DNA of 62,592 nucleotides, the filler included, from Basidiobolus ranarum (lineage: Eukaryota): assembly GCA_040143965.1 (NCBI GenBank). It is 38 parts of 38 records of this genome, joined end to end, with 100 filler letters (N's around TTAATTAATTAA, not from the genome) between each part and the next. Parts side by side here need not be neighbours in the genome. Positions count along the whole stretch, not along the records: positions 11,599 to 13,153 come from JASJQH010011729.1; positions 13,254 to 14,808 come from JASJQH010011730.1; positions 14,909 to 16,463 come from JASJQH010011731.1; positions 16,564 to 18,118 come from JASJQH010011732.1; positions 18,219 to 19,772 come from JASJQH010011733.1; positions 19,873 to 21,425 come from JASJQH010011734.1; positions 21,526 to 23,078 come from JASJQH010011735.1; positions 23,179 to 24,731 come from JASJQH010011736.1; 30 more parts are not named here. The stretch is one strand, 5' to 3'. How positions within the stretch are numbered: position 1 is the stretch's first letter; each line of letters opens with the position of its first letter. The notes under the pieces were generated by a model. That model was not told the origin of the DNA. It searched no databases and was given only the letters and a program-made list of their open reading frames with translations. Shown one piece after another: positions 11,704 to 24,043 of the stretch. The translations under genes and the position numbers were made by a program.

Positions 11704-12920
11704 GAATCAAGGATTCTTTTTGTGACAGTTTTGTGCTACATGTCCACAAGCTCCACAATAGAGGCACAAGTTCTATTATTGGCATCAATATTTCTCCTCA
11801 GGGCTAAACTTTCTGAATCAAGTTCCATCAAGTTGCATTTGGTCATCTACTAGAGCTGTAGTTTGTGTTTGATGGAAGGGAGTTCTCAAAGTAGATGAGG
11901 AAGGAGAGAAGTAAGGAGCCATATATCTTTGTTGTTGTCTTTCAAACAACCGGTTCTCACATTTAACTGCCTGATGGATAGCATTAGTCAAGGTCACTGG
12001 GTCAGCCATAGCAAGTAAAAGATTCTTAATATTTTCTTGGAGTTCATATTGGAATTGGTTGATCAGGGCAGATTCTCCTCAATTGGAATCACAGGCAAGA
12101 AGGAAGAATTCTGCAGCATGAGTTGATGCAGGCTATGACCCTTGTTTAAGTGCACAGAGCTGGGTGGCTGAAGTTCTTTACTTATCTGCATTTCCTAATG
12201 AGACTTCCAGCTTAGCAAGAAAGGCAAGGAAGTTTGAAAGAAGTGGAGATTGACTTTCTGTCAAATGAGCAAACCAGGATAGAGTTGTTCCTGATAATAA
12301 TGTTCCCACTAAGCCTGCTTTTGTTTAGTCAGAGGGGTAGCAATGGGAAGTAACAGGACAATGAGCTTTACTTGGTTAATAATACCACAATAATTATGGC
12401 AAGTGCCTTCACACTTATTTGGTAAGGAGATCTTGGGTTCAGGAGTTGGATTTGCAGGATAGTGGGGCGGAGCTGAATTCTGTACTGGAGCAAAAGATGC
12501 ACAAGGTTCATGATATTCTTGCTGAAGCAGAGTACAAGCTTGCATGATATCTTCCATTGTGGGGGCTGAAATAGACATAATACATACTATGCGGGGAGGT
12601 GGAAGTGTTAAAAGCCACAAGTTTCTCTAGGTGTGATAATCACAATGCAATGTTCAACTTTTGGTTGAAGAAATGATTGGTGTTGTAGTTGTTTTAGGGT
12701 GCAAGCAGCAACTATGACTGCAGTATCCTAAGGGTTTTGTGAGGTGTCTAAAGGGTATGATAACCATGGTTGACTCACTCTAGGATGTACTGTAATATGG
12801 GTGTGTTTCATGCCTCTTGGGTCTTTGTGAAAGGGAATCAAGCCTCTAGAAATGTCTAAGGACTGATAAACCACAATAAAATGTCCAGCTTTGTGTTGGA
12901 TAATATACTGACACCTGACA
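11704..12920 (-). mobile_element. Ty3/gypsy gag remnant with probable 5' LTR (12632-12920)
   Basis: EPKISLPNKCEG (retrotransposon gag N-motif), DQMQLDG, zinc knuckle LCLYCGACGHVAQNC; upstream TGTCA...TCACA segment. Confidence 0.85.
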
Positions 12921-13253
12921 AAAGAATATACTGCCTTCAACGTCCTTTGAGAATGATCAGATAAAAAGGGTATATCCAATCAAAAGCAACTTCAAACTCA
13001 GCCAGCAGGGTCTTAAGCAAGGATGTGCCAGTAGTGATTTATCCAAGAATATGAAAAGTTCCTTGCCTATGCACACAAAGCTAGGGAAAAAATATAAAGT
13101 ATCAGAAATATAACACCTCCTGTCAGTACTTCCTTTGAGCTAGTCAAGTCCTTNNNNNNNNNNNNNNNNNNNNNNNNNNNNNNNNNNNNNNNNNNNNTTA
13201 ATTAATTAANNNNNNNNNNNNNNNNNNNNNNNNNNNNNNNNNNNNNNNNNNNN

Positions 13254-14370
13254 ATCCCGTATAAAAATGGATGGAGGGAGCAACATGTTGCTGTAGCTCA
13301 AGTACAGCATTCTGAAGGTCTTGAATCATTGATGAGTGACTCTCTAACTATTGACTAGTTGCTTCTGAACACTGCATTAACTTCATAGTTTTTTCTTACG
13401 ATTGCATACAAATCATTACAGTGTTCTGCCTGATATTCCCTTGTTGTAATAATTCCATTTAAATTTTCTGTGGAGGGTTGTTCAACAGTGGGCAAAGTAG
13501 CCATTTTGGAAGTTGACAGTCTTGATGGTGTTTTGGTTGAATTTTGTTTGACTACTGATTAACTACACTATTGGGGGATTATAATCACTACACTTGCACT
13601 ATTGCTGGAAAGGAACACATCTGGTAAATTGATTAATGCTTCTTGATTACTTGAGTTAGTTTCTGGCATCTTAATGCCTTCCAAGGTGGATAGCAGATTG
13701 TTAGACTGCTCATCAATTAAGTCCCCTGTTCTTGCCAGTTTTTTTCCTTTTGTGCCAGCAGGCTTTGACTTGGAAGCCTATTTTGATTTAGACCTTGAAC
13801 ACTTTTTGAATGGCTTTGAAATTCCCAATGGTACACTTGATGTAGTGAAATTGCTTAGAAACAGCTTATAATAAGCCTAAATTGCCATCCATTACCAGAA
13901 ATATTGTGTAAATCCCCCAATGACTCATCTGTGACACCATCTCAGCAGCAGCTGATGATATTGATGGCTATACATTAAATACCACTCTTACATAGGAGGT
14001 ACGTTTACTTCACAATGTTGTTCTCATGCCACTACACAAATGTTTAAAGAAGACCTGCTGATATCATCACAAATTAATTTGCTATGAAAGCGGGAGGCTT
14101 AATAGAAAAAATAACCACAAGCATAGTCACTATACAAAGTCACCAGCAGCACAAAGCCTGTTGAATATCAACAGTAATAAGTGCACAAAATCAACCTTAG
14201 TTTTGGCCACTGAGTCCACTTACTATACTTTGCCTCAAAGTTTTAGTAACACACCAAATGTCAAGATACTGTGGAGTTACCACAGTTAATGACCAGAGTG
14301 ATGTAGACAGAAATGTAACTTTGGTCACACCAGTAAGTCCAGACAACTTTGAGGACATGCTGCTAGATGT
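13254..14370. mobile_element. CMC/EnSpm element centre: ORF2 5' (minus, to ~13940) head-to-head with transposase 5' (plus, from ~14026)
   Basis: Colinear with 26484-27860, 51201-52588 and 56237-57669. Confidence 0.87.
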
Positions 14371-14808
14371 TGTCATGATTCTGATCTTGGCATACTGTTC
14401 CACTACAAATTCAACTTGTCTATTATTAGATTACAACATCATAGCTGCTGTGCCATCCCTTCTTTGCAATTTGGTGTCAGTTCATCAAGATTACCTTAAG
14501 TGAAAGTCATGTTCTTTGGAACATTGCATGAGACCTAACCAATCGTGTCATCCACACATAGTGTATTTCTGCCAAAACCTTCCATGGAAGGTCACCTGAT
14601 CATCCTTACATCATCCTTATATCATTTCTCTTTATATTGATCCTTGGACTTGTTCCATTGTGCCAGGATTTATTGGACCTTCGATCAATATATTAGAGTA
14701 AATGTGATTGAAATTGATCATGCCAGAGGGTGATGGATAGTGCCAAATTGTGCTGCATAAATTTTAGAATACTTTATCCAATATGATATATATAGCACAA
14801 TCTGGCAC
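14371..14808 (+). mobile_element. LTR family D 5' part (14371-14644) interrupted by hAT-like terminus (14645)
   Basis: TGTCATGATTC start; TGGACTTGTTCCAT followed by GGCAC/GTGCC subterminal repeats. Confidence 0.8.
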
Positions 14809-14908
14809 NNNNNNNNNNNNNNNNNNNNNNNNNNNNNNNNNNNNNNNNNNNNTTAATTAATTAANNNNNNNNNNNNNNNNNNNNNNNNNNNNNNNNNNNN
14901 NNNNNNNN

Positions 14909-16463
14909 TTGTTGTGTAAGATTAATAGTCCACCACATATTCTGCTCTGCTAGATTGTCATGGAGATGTTCATGTGTATGGTGTGGGATTGATTGAAATC
15001 CTGCATGAGAGTGGACAGAGGGAGCAACATGTTGCTGTAGCTCAAGTACAGCATTCAGCAGGTCTTTTAATATTGTTGAGTGACTCTCTAACTGCGTAGT
15101 TTAGTTTTTACTTATGAGTGCATACAAATCATCATGGTGTAGTGTGGGATAGGGGTGTTCACTTAAATATTCAATAATAAAGCTTAATCCCACTTCAAAT
15201 ATCTAGCAAAGCTGAATTTTTTATACTGGAAGCTTAAAAATATCAATAGGAGATATATTCTTCACTCTATCTTTAAAGGGTAAAGACACACTTTAGTATG
15301 TCAATAGATTGATGACTTTATGAGAAAAGATTATTTCTGATAATAGAACTATCAAAAATCCTCAATACTACAAGTGTAGATAAAACTCTGGTGGTTTCTC
15401 TAACTTGAAGTATGAAGAAAAAGATATAGTTCTTTTGAGATTGGCAAAGACTTTGATTAAGAGTTGGATATATTCTATGACTATAAATGTGAAAATAACT
15501 ATGAAAGAATCTGTACTGCAATCTTCAATAATCTAGCCTATTTGAGTTGCAATAGGAATCTTTATTATCTTACTATGATACAAGGTAGATAATCTAGTTA
15601 AGGCAAGGATAAAGAATATGCTGCATTTTTGAATTGTGCTAAGGCTAGAAGTTTTTCCAATAGGGGGAAGGGTTGCTTATAGAAAGAATCAGGTTAGAAA
15701 AAATGCTATGAATTGGTGGCTGAGAATAAATGCTATGGGTAGGTGGCTTAGCATCAAAGTGCCAATATGTTCACTAATAAGGCAGCTGCTGCTAGGAAAC
15801 TTTGAACACAACAGCATCAAATACTGTCGCAGCTTAGTGCAAAATTTGTAGAGAATCCATTGCCCAGTTCAGAAGTTAGCACTAATTTTATGAGGATCTT
15901 GAGGTCCTGAATTCCTGTGTTCTGAATATACACTAGTGTTGATTTTTGTGTTGGCAATTTTGAAATGGTTGTAGCTCCACCAATACTTGATGAAATATTA
16001 TGATTCTTGCATGGTTGCAAAGCTCTAATTCTGGTGTTTTTGATTGCAGCTTGAACCGCCATAATGAGTTAAGTATTGATGTGAACATGAGCAATTGAAT
16101 ATTCTTGTTCTTTTTATTGATCTGTAAAATATTTTAAGATAGCAATAGATAATATTCTTCCTGCTTATTATGTGCAAGATATGATTGGAATATTTTCAAC
16201 ACTACAATGGTGTTCTGCCTGCAATTCCCTTGTTGTAATAATTCTATACAAACTTTCTGCAGAGGGTTTTTCAATAGTGGGTAAAGTAGCCACTTTCAAA
16301 GTTGATGGTCTTGATAGTGCTTTGATTGAACTGTGCTAAACTATGGATTTACTACATAATTAGGGGATTACAATCTCTTCAATTGCACTATTGCTGGAAA
16401 GGAACACATCTGGCAAACTGATTAATGCTTCATTATTACTTGAGTTATTTCTGGCATGTTAAT
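14909..16463 (-). mobile_element. CMC/EnSpm ORF2 remnant split by a 1069-bp insertion
   Basis: Flanks rejoin to the sequence seen uninterrupted at 26500-26530. Confidence 0.85.
15138..16206. mobile_element. 1069-bp insertion, TGTAGTGT...ACACTACA, 4-bp TSD ATGG (solo LTR or Ginger-like)
   Basis: 8-bp terminal inverted repeat; ATGG at 15134-15137 and 16207-16210. Confidence 0.8.
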
Positions 16464-16563
16464 NNNNNNNNNNNNNNNNNNNNNNNNNNNNNNNNNNNNN
16501 NNNNNNNTTAATTAATTAANNNNNNNNNNNNNNNNNNNNNNNNNNNNNNNNNNNNNNNNNNNN

Positions 16564-18118
16564 TTGAGAGAGGATTATTGCTTGTTAAATTTCTGCTAGG
16601 AATATTCACCACAGGGATGGGTAATGATTTGAGCTTTGTCATATATTCATTGGTGGCTGATGATTTAGACCTTGTCCCAGATGTGATACTTTCTAAATTT
16701 GAATAATGTTGATAGATAGTTTCAGATTCCAAATTTGGCCTAATTCCGGTATCTATTTCCAATGTATCATTTTCCAAGTTGATTTCAGTACTTGTTAGCT
16801 CAAGATTGGTTTTGGAACTTGTTAACTCAGAATTTGAGTTATTGAGAAATTGATTTTTAACCAAAATCAAATTCCCTTGATTAGCAGATTTGAGATTTTC
16901 TTTGATGAATATAGTGTCTCTAGAGTTAATGATTTGGTTTGTTCCAGCAATCAGGAGACAAGAGCCTTTGTTCTGATATCCTAATAGGATACATTTAATT
17001 GCCTTTTTGTCCAATTTCCTATGCTGAGGTTTAGGAATATGAGCATGTACTATTGATCCAAAAATTCTGAGGTGATTCAGATTAGGCTTGTTTCTAGTCC
17101 AGATTGCAATAGTAGCTTTAGAGTCATGGTTGCTACATGTTGGACTTCTATTTTGGAGATATGTAGCTGTTAAAATAGCTTCACCTGAATAGATCTTAGG
17201 CAGATCTGTATCAATCAGCATTGTATGTGCTTTCTCTACTAAAGTCCTATTCATCCTTTCTGCAACTCCATTTTGTTCTATACTATATGCCCCTAACAAA
17301 AAAATTTAGATTTGCATTTCATACTATTTTCTTACTGTTTTAGAATGGTATTATGCTGGCATTGCAACAATTATCTTATGGTTTCTCAACCAATTTTTTT
17401 TCCTCCAATTTTCTTATGGAATTACTACCCCTATATTTGTGTTTTCTCTGGTTTTCCTCTGGTATTCCTTCCCATATTTTTCATAGGGATGGAGTAGTAT
17501 AGTGCTGCTAAATTCCCTTTTCTTGGCAAAAGCTAGTCATGGCTGCATTGCTAAATTTAGTTCCATTATCACTACATAGGTATTTGATTCTTCTTCCTGT
17601 TATGGTTGTGACCTCTGCTTCATATATCTTGAAATATTGAAACACTTCTCCTTTGCTCAACAGAAGACATGAAACTGTGAAGTGTGATGTATCATCAATA
17701 AAGATGAGTAAATATTGTCACTCACTTGGTGTTGGAGTTTGCATTGTGCCACAAAAATCTGTATGAATAAGATCCAATAAATCTTTGGCTTTGCTAGCTC
17801 CTTCTTTTGGATATGGTTTTCTGATGATTTTCCCTTGAATACAGCTTTCACATTTAGTAATATCTGAGGGCTTAAGATCCCTTCCAGTACATAGGCTATT
17901 CTTATATAATAGTTTCACACTATCATAGTTTAGATGAACCAAGCACTGATGCCAAGTCATCAAGTTTCCAGAAGTAATTGTTGCAAAGTTAGAAACAGTC
18001 TCAGTTATTGGTGCAATATCCAGGTGATATAGATTCCCAATTCTTGTTCCAGTTGCTACTATCAAGTTCTTTGATTTGTATATGGTTGCTTTTCCTTGGC
18101 TGAATTTGACATCATAAT
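16564..18118 (-). mobile_element. Ty1/copia GAG-pre-integrase and integrase remnant
   Basis: WHQCLVHLN, CESCIQGK, LIHTDFCG, SDNG, EQNGVAERMNRTL, HLRIFGS. Confidence 0.94.
17290..17488. mobile_element. 199-bp non-autonomous CCCTA-ended element (MITE) with 3-bp TSD ATG
   Basis: CCCTAACAAAAA...TTTTTCATAGGG; removing it plus one ATG restores integrase TTPYSIEQNG. Confidence 0.85.
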
Positions 18119-18218
18119 NNNNNNNNNNNNNNNNNNNNNNNNNNNNNNNNNNNNNNNNNNNNTTAATTAATTAANNNNNNNNNNNNNNNNNNNNNNNNNN
18201 NNNNNNNNNNNNNNNNNN

Positions 18219-18328
18219 CTAAGTGATATTTGACTAAATAATGTTGACTAACTAATATGTGATATATGAAATAGTTAGGTGTATAAAGATAGGGATAACA
18301 TATATGATAAAGACAATAAACTTCAACA
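18219..18328 (-). repeat. LTR family E 5' end
   Basis: Matches 22034-22143. Confidence 0.85.
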
Positions 18329-18499
18329 TAACTAATAATATAGCTGACCTATTTCAGCTTTGGAGAGTGACAGGTATCTTTGATAAGAGAAGATATTGCT
18401 CTAGATAATATTACTCAATAGAGGCAAATCCTTATACAGATCACTATCCATTATATCTTAACTAGCAACAATTTTTCTGTCAAAAGCACATATATGGGT

Positions 18500-19772
18500 C
18501 AGGGTATCAATGTTGTGATAAGGGTAAGGATGAAAAGAGGGGGTCTAGGGTACAAAGTTCTTCCAGTATTAGAAGAAAGCAGGAGGTTTGTGGGATGCAA
18601 TCCCCCATGTACACCCTTCTGTCACAATATACTCAAGTCATTAGTATATGGGAAGAATTAGGCTTGCCCAAATTTTCCAAAGGTCAGATCTCTAACCTTT
18701 GACACATCTGAGGAAGAGACACTCTTTCAACATTATGACATAGCCTATTCTGGCTTTCAAAATTTTCATGAATTATGAGAAAATTCTCAGATATTCAATA
18801 TCTTAAATTTTTTACTAATTTGCAAATCTCTGGGAAACTAAAGTGAAGATGTTGTCCTTCAGACTCTAAAAGCTTTGAAGTAGTTTAATATCATTATGAG
18901 TACACTGGCTGCCTCTTAGCTTGGTATTTCACAAATTATTTATGGAGAATATCCTTACATATTATTGAAAGTAAAGAGGGAACTTAATTAATATTATGGA
19001 TTTGTAATATTTGGAAGAACTTTGTGAAGAATACAAATTTAAGCAAAGAAGAAAGTGAATATTGAAGATAACATGATTATTTTACAAAGCTAGAAATATT
19101 GAAAATGTTGATAACAAGCTTTCTACTTGTAGTTGGCTACTCATGTTTTACAAATATTGACATATCACTAGCACTAAGCTCCATACATGTTTTTTTATAC
19201 ACAAAACAACAAAACAGCCACTTAAATAAACTTTTGGGCTGTACAGCCTGTGCAGCACAAAGCTGCTGCAAAATTAACAGGGTGTATAAAGTGCAATGTG
19301 TTTGTAATAAAGCTATTCCAAATTATACAAATGAAAGCAACACACACAACAGAACCCTCTATGATTTCAAAAAACATAGTAACATTTGAGCTGCATAGTA
19401 TTGAAAGCAGGCCTTTATGCATTGCCCCTGATTTTATAGGGGCTATGATGGTAGTGGATTGTTCAATGAGCACTACAAATGTGAGCTTCTTTTTAAAGAC
19501 TTGTTTACTTCCACCTTGCATACAACTGCTACCATGTCATTATATTGTGTCTCTGACTTTAAAGAAGTCACAAAGACCACTTATCCCTTGATGTTCACTA
19601 CAAACATAAGCCTCTTCTTAAAAACATCTTTACTTATGGCTTACATATAACTGATACCATGTTGTTGTGTCCAAGAGAAAAGTGGATAAAAAGTCTTGAA
19701 CTTTACTGAACCAAAGAAACAGTTAAGTGCAGAATCTTAGAACTGTTTAAGCAGGATATATAAGCAGAGCAG
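18500..19772. repeat. Unclassified CpG-depleted dispersed repeat (first ~520 bp shared with 58611-59178), possible decayed coding region on minus strand
   Basis: Shared start AGGGTAT..ATGTT.TG.TAAGGGTAAGG and GGGATGCAATCCCC subrepeats. Confidence 0.7.
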
Positions 19773-19872
19773 NNNNNNNNNNNNNNNNNNNNNNNNNNNN
19801 NNNNNNNNNNNNNNNNTTAATTAATTAANNNNNNNNNNNNNNNNNNNNNNNNNNNNNNNNNNNNNNNNNNNN

Positions 19873-21425
19873 AAATTGGAACCAGCAAGTCAAGTAAGCA
19901 CTGATAGGGATCATCTATTTGTGTCTGCCCTATCAGTAACCACCAAAGAAGACTCAGAAATGTGGTACATTGATTCAGGAGCTTCCCAGCATATGTCAAA
20001 CAGGAAAGATTAGTTTTCCAGCTTAAAACCAATCCAAACAAGGAAAGTTTACTTAGGTGATGACTTTGCACTAGATGCAGCTGGTAAGGGCAGAGTTGTA
20101 CTCAATTTACACTGAAATTCAGCTACACCATCTGCAAAATTAGATGATGTACTCTCTGTACCAAAAATAGCCAAGATTCTACTCTCAGTAAGCCTAGCAA
20201 CAACTCAAGGATTAAATTTTGTGTTCAGTAAGGCTGGATTCACTATCGCAGATCAGAATAATACCAAATTAGCTACTGGGATCAAAACTCAAAACTTATA
20301 CAGGTTAGAAATCAACAAATTGCATTCTGAGCATGCAAACTTGGCCAAAACTGGTGGAATAAGTTGCCAAACATGGCATAGAAGTTAAGGCCATATTGGG
20401 GAACAAAAACTGACCCAAATGATCCAAAATCAGCTTGTTTCAGGCTTTGTAGTTGGAAATATCATTAAATTGGATCTGTGTGAAGGTTGCATATATAGAA
20501 AACATCACAGACAGCCATTTTCAAGCTCTGGAGAGATCAAATCCACTCAGAATTTTTTCCTGATTCATTCTGTCCTATGTAGGCCCATGAAAAATATCGC
20601 ACTGGGTGGGAAAAGGAACTGAATCACCTTTATTAATGACAAAACAAGACATACTTGGGTATTCTTTCTCAAATAAAAAGCTGAAGCCTTAGCTACACTC
20701 AAGCACCACAAAGCAATGGTAGAGAAAGAATCAGCACAAAAAATAAGGGTACTAAGGAGTGATAATGGTGGAGAATACTGGTCTAAAGACTTTACTAGTT
20801 TTTGCTCTAAACATGGAATTAAGCAACAAACTACTGTACCTTATACTCCACAGCAAAATGGAGTCACAGAACATGCTAATAGGACCATAGTGGCAATGGC
20901 AAGATCAATGTTACATGATCAATAGCTAGATTACCAATGTTGGGCTGAATCTTTCTCCACTGCAGTCTATAACAAAAACAGATGCCCAACAAGATTGCTA
21001 CAAAATTATACCCCATTTGAAGCCCTATATGGATCAAAACCAAGTGTGGATCATCTCAGGATCTTTGGTTGCACAGCATATTGCCTAATTCCGGCTCAAA
21101 AACGCTCAAAATTGGAACCAAAAAGTAGAATATGCATATTTTTTGGTTACTGTGATGGATCCAAGACCTACAGACTGCTTGATACCAATAATCAGAAGTT
21201 AATTAAGTGCAGAGATGTGATTTTTGATGAAAAAGCAAATATTTCACCTTAAACCACAGTTCTTGATCCAGAAAACACAATCAGCACTATTCAGGAAGTG
21301 TCTGACAAAATTCCAGCTGTATCTGAGCCATATTCGACCAAAATTTCAGACCCAATTACATCAAAGGATGATTCAGGACCCAGAAGATCATCCAGAAGGA
21401 GAAATAAGCAAGGAAACTGCTGGAA
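19873..21425 (+). mobile_element. Ty1/copia family B protease, GAG-pre-integrase and integrase remnant
   Basis: WYIDSGASQHM, CEGCIY, LRSDNGGEY, PQQNGV, HLRIFGC, RDVIFDE; several stops. Confidence 0.95.
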
Positions 21426-21525
21426 NNNNNNNNNNNNNNNNNNNNNNNNNNNNNNNNNNNNNNNNNNNNTTAATTAATTAANNNNNNNNNNNNNNNNNNN
21501 NNNNNNNNNNNNNNNNNNNNNNNNN

Positions 21526-22143
21526 TATAGAGATATACCTATTTAGAATATAGGGGCTATAGATACGTTGCTTTCTGTTTCTGATATATGTATCATAACT
21601 AAAGTTAACTATGATGTTGAATAAAGATTAATTATCTAACAGATTTGCATCTTGAACTTCCAGAAATTGTAATTTTCTCCATCACGCTTTTCAACACTTG
21701 AGTTAATAAGAGTGGTAGTAGTGGTTTCTGTCATGCTGTAAAAGTTAGAACACAGGGCTCATAACCTATTTGGAAAATATGGGCTGTTTGGAGGAACTTT
21801 AGAAAAGTGGAGTTGTGAATAGCTTTGCAAGATAATTGTTTATTGTCCAGAAATAAAGCATTTATACTTTTTGATGGAAATACAGAAAACTAACACTGGG
21901 TTGTGTTCAGAATATCTGTGGGAGTAAAATGAGCTATTCTTGGGGCAATTTGGATGAGTTTGAAATTTCTAATATGGAATTGCTAATTCTCACATTATTC
22001 ACATAGATATATAATATATGTTTCAATTTTCAGCTAAGTGATATTTGACTAAGTAATGATAACTAACTTATATGTGATATATGAAATAGTTAGGTGTATA
22101 AAGATAGAGATAATAATTATGATAAAGACAATAAACTTCAACA
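21526..22143 (-). mobile_element. Ty1/copia family E 5' LTR (21767-22143), PBS GGTTATGAGCCC (21755-21766), gag start; interrupted by family C LTR (21526-~21641)
   Basis: gag DGENYNFWKFKMQI; PBS directly abuts LTR end. Confidence 0.9.
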
Positions 22144-23078
22144 CAAGTTTGATTATCATTCAAAGCCTGGTACTTATCAGCCATTGCAGATCCGCAAAAT
22201 TTTGTGTGAGGGCCATTCAGGGCCTCTTTTACAGTCTGGGGTTTGTGTATTTGAGCTGTGCAGGCATAGGCCCAATGTCCAATCTTTCCTGTTTGACATA
22301 TGCAGGGAAGCTCCTGAATCAATGTACCATGTTTCTGAGTCTTGTTTAGTGGTTACTGATAGGGCAGACACAAATAGATGATCTCTATCAGTGCTTACTT
22401 GATTTGCATGTTTTGATTTTAGCTTTTTGGCAAAAATCCTTTTTCTGCAATCTTTGATTAAATGGCCTGGTTTCTTGCAATGCTTGCAGATGATGAATTT
22501 CCTAATAGGGGGACCATTATTGAAGCCTGTTGGATGTGTTACAGCTCCAAGAAATGCCTGTTCCAAATTATTTTGCTGAGGATTAGATCTCCTTAATTCT
22601 TCATTCAAAAGCCTAGCACCAACATATTCCATTATTAATGGCTCTGATCTTGATTCTAGGGCAATTATGAGGTTCACGAACTCATCTGGCATCCTCCCAA
22701 GTAGTGTCATGACTAAGTCATCTTCATTTAGAGGTGCTCCAATGGATGAGAGCTGATCTGCCATAGCTTTTATCCAATTTGTATGATTGAGCATAAAATC
22801 ATCAGGATTCATCTGAATTGAGAACAATTTTCACCTAAGATATAGCCTATTAGCCAGACTTTTAGTTTCATATAGTCCCTCAAGTGTTTCCCAAGCATTT
22901 TGGATGTGTTTTGCTGATTGTATGTGCCTCAATTGAGAATCTCTGAGATGTAGACAAAGTGTAGAGAGTGCTTTCCTCTGCTTCTTGTGAAAGGCAAGGA
23001 TAGCTTCTGGTGGTCCCTTTGGCTCTATTTCTTCTCCTGTAACAAATCCCCAAAGGTCCTTGTCTTCTAGCACCATTT
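22144..23078 (-). mobile_element. Ty1/copia family B gag-protease fused by internal deletion to RT start
   Basis: CKHCKKPGHLIKDC knuckle, WYIDSGAS; 22144-22275 matches 9205-9340. Confidence 0.92.
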
Positions 23079-23178
23079 NNNNNNNNNNNNNNNNNNNNNN
23101 NNNNNNNNNNNNNNNNNNNNNNTTAATTAATTAANNNNNNNNNNNNNNNNNNNNNNNNNNNNNNNNNNNNNNNNNNNN

Positions 23179-23831
23179 CAAAATGTTAAACCACTCATCA
23201 TCAGAGCAAGTGACAGCAGCTCTGACATTCAGAGTCTTTTGGTTTGCTGGTTTTCCTATGAGATTTCTACTTTCATGTGCCCAAGCAATTTTGGGTCATT
23301 GTGTAGGCTTAATGGTCCAACACATATTCTGCTCTGCTAGATTGTCATGGTGATGTTCATATGTATGGGGTGGGATAGATTGAAATCCTGTATGAGAATG
23401 GACAGGGGGAGCAGCATGTTGTGTAGCTCAAGTACAGCATTTTGAAGGTCTTGTATCATTGCTTAGTGACTCTCTAACTGTTGACTAGTTGCTTCCAAAC
23501 ACTGCATTATTTGCAATATTGCAGCATTATTGCTTGTCATGGCCTGTATAGCAACTTTGAGGTTTTTACTTATGATTGCATACCAATCATTAGTATTCTG
23601 CCTGCAATTCCCTGATTGTAATAATTCTAATCAAATTTTCAATGGAGGGTTGTTCAATAGTGAGCAGAGTAGCCATTTTGCAAGTTGATGGTCTTGATGG
23701 TGTTTTGGTTGCACTTTGCTCAAGTATTGAATTACTACGTAATTGGTGGATTACAATCTCTTCACTTGCATTATTGCTAGAAAGGAACACATCTGGTATA
23801 TTGATTAATGCTTCATCATTACTTGAGTTAG
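23179..23831 (-). mobile_element. CMC/EnSpm ORF2 middle remnant
   Basis: Reverse complement of 57060-57669 and 40000-40320. Confidence 0.87.
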
Positions 23832-24043
23832 TGTCACAATAAGGAGCTGGACAAGGACTGGAAACAACAACAAGAGGCTAGAAGGCAGGAGAGTACTTGA
23901 GTGTAGACCATAAGACAAGACAAGACAAGACTGGACAAGGAAGATACTTTGGCAAGATCTTCATTGATAACCAACATTGATCAGACTGAGGTCTGATCAA
24001 GGAGTACATGGTGCTTATATAGATATTGCAAGGTGAAAAATAA
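23832..24043 (-). repeat. LTR family D fragment
   Basis: Matches 34078-34285. Confidence 0.88.
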
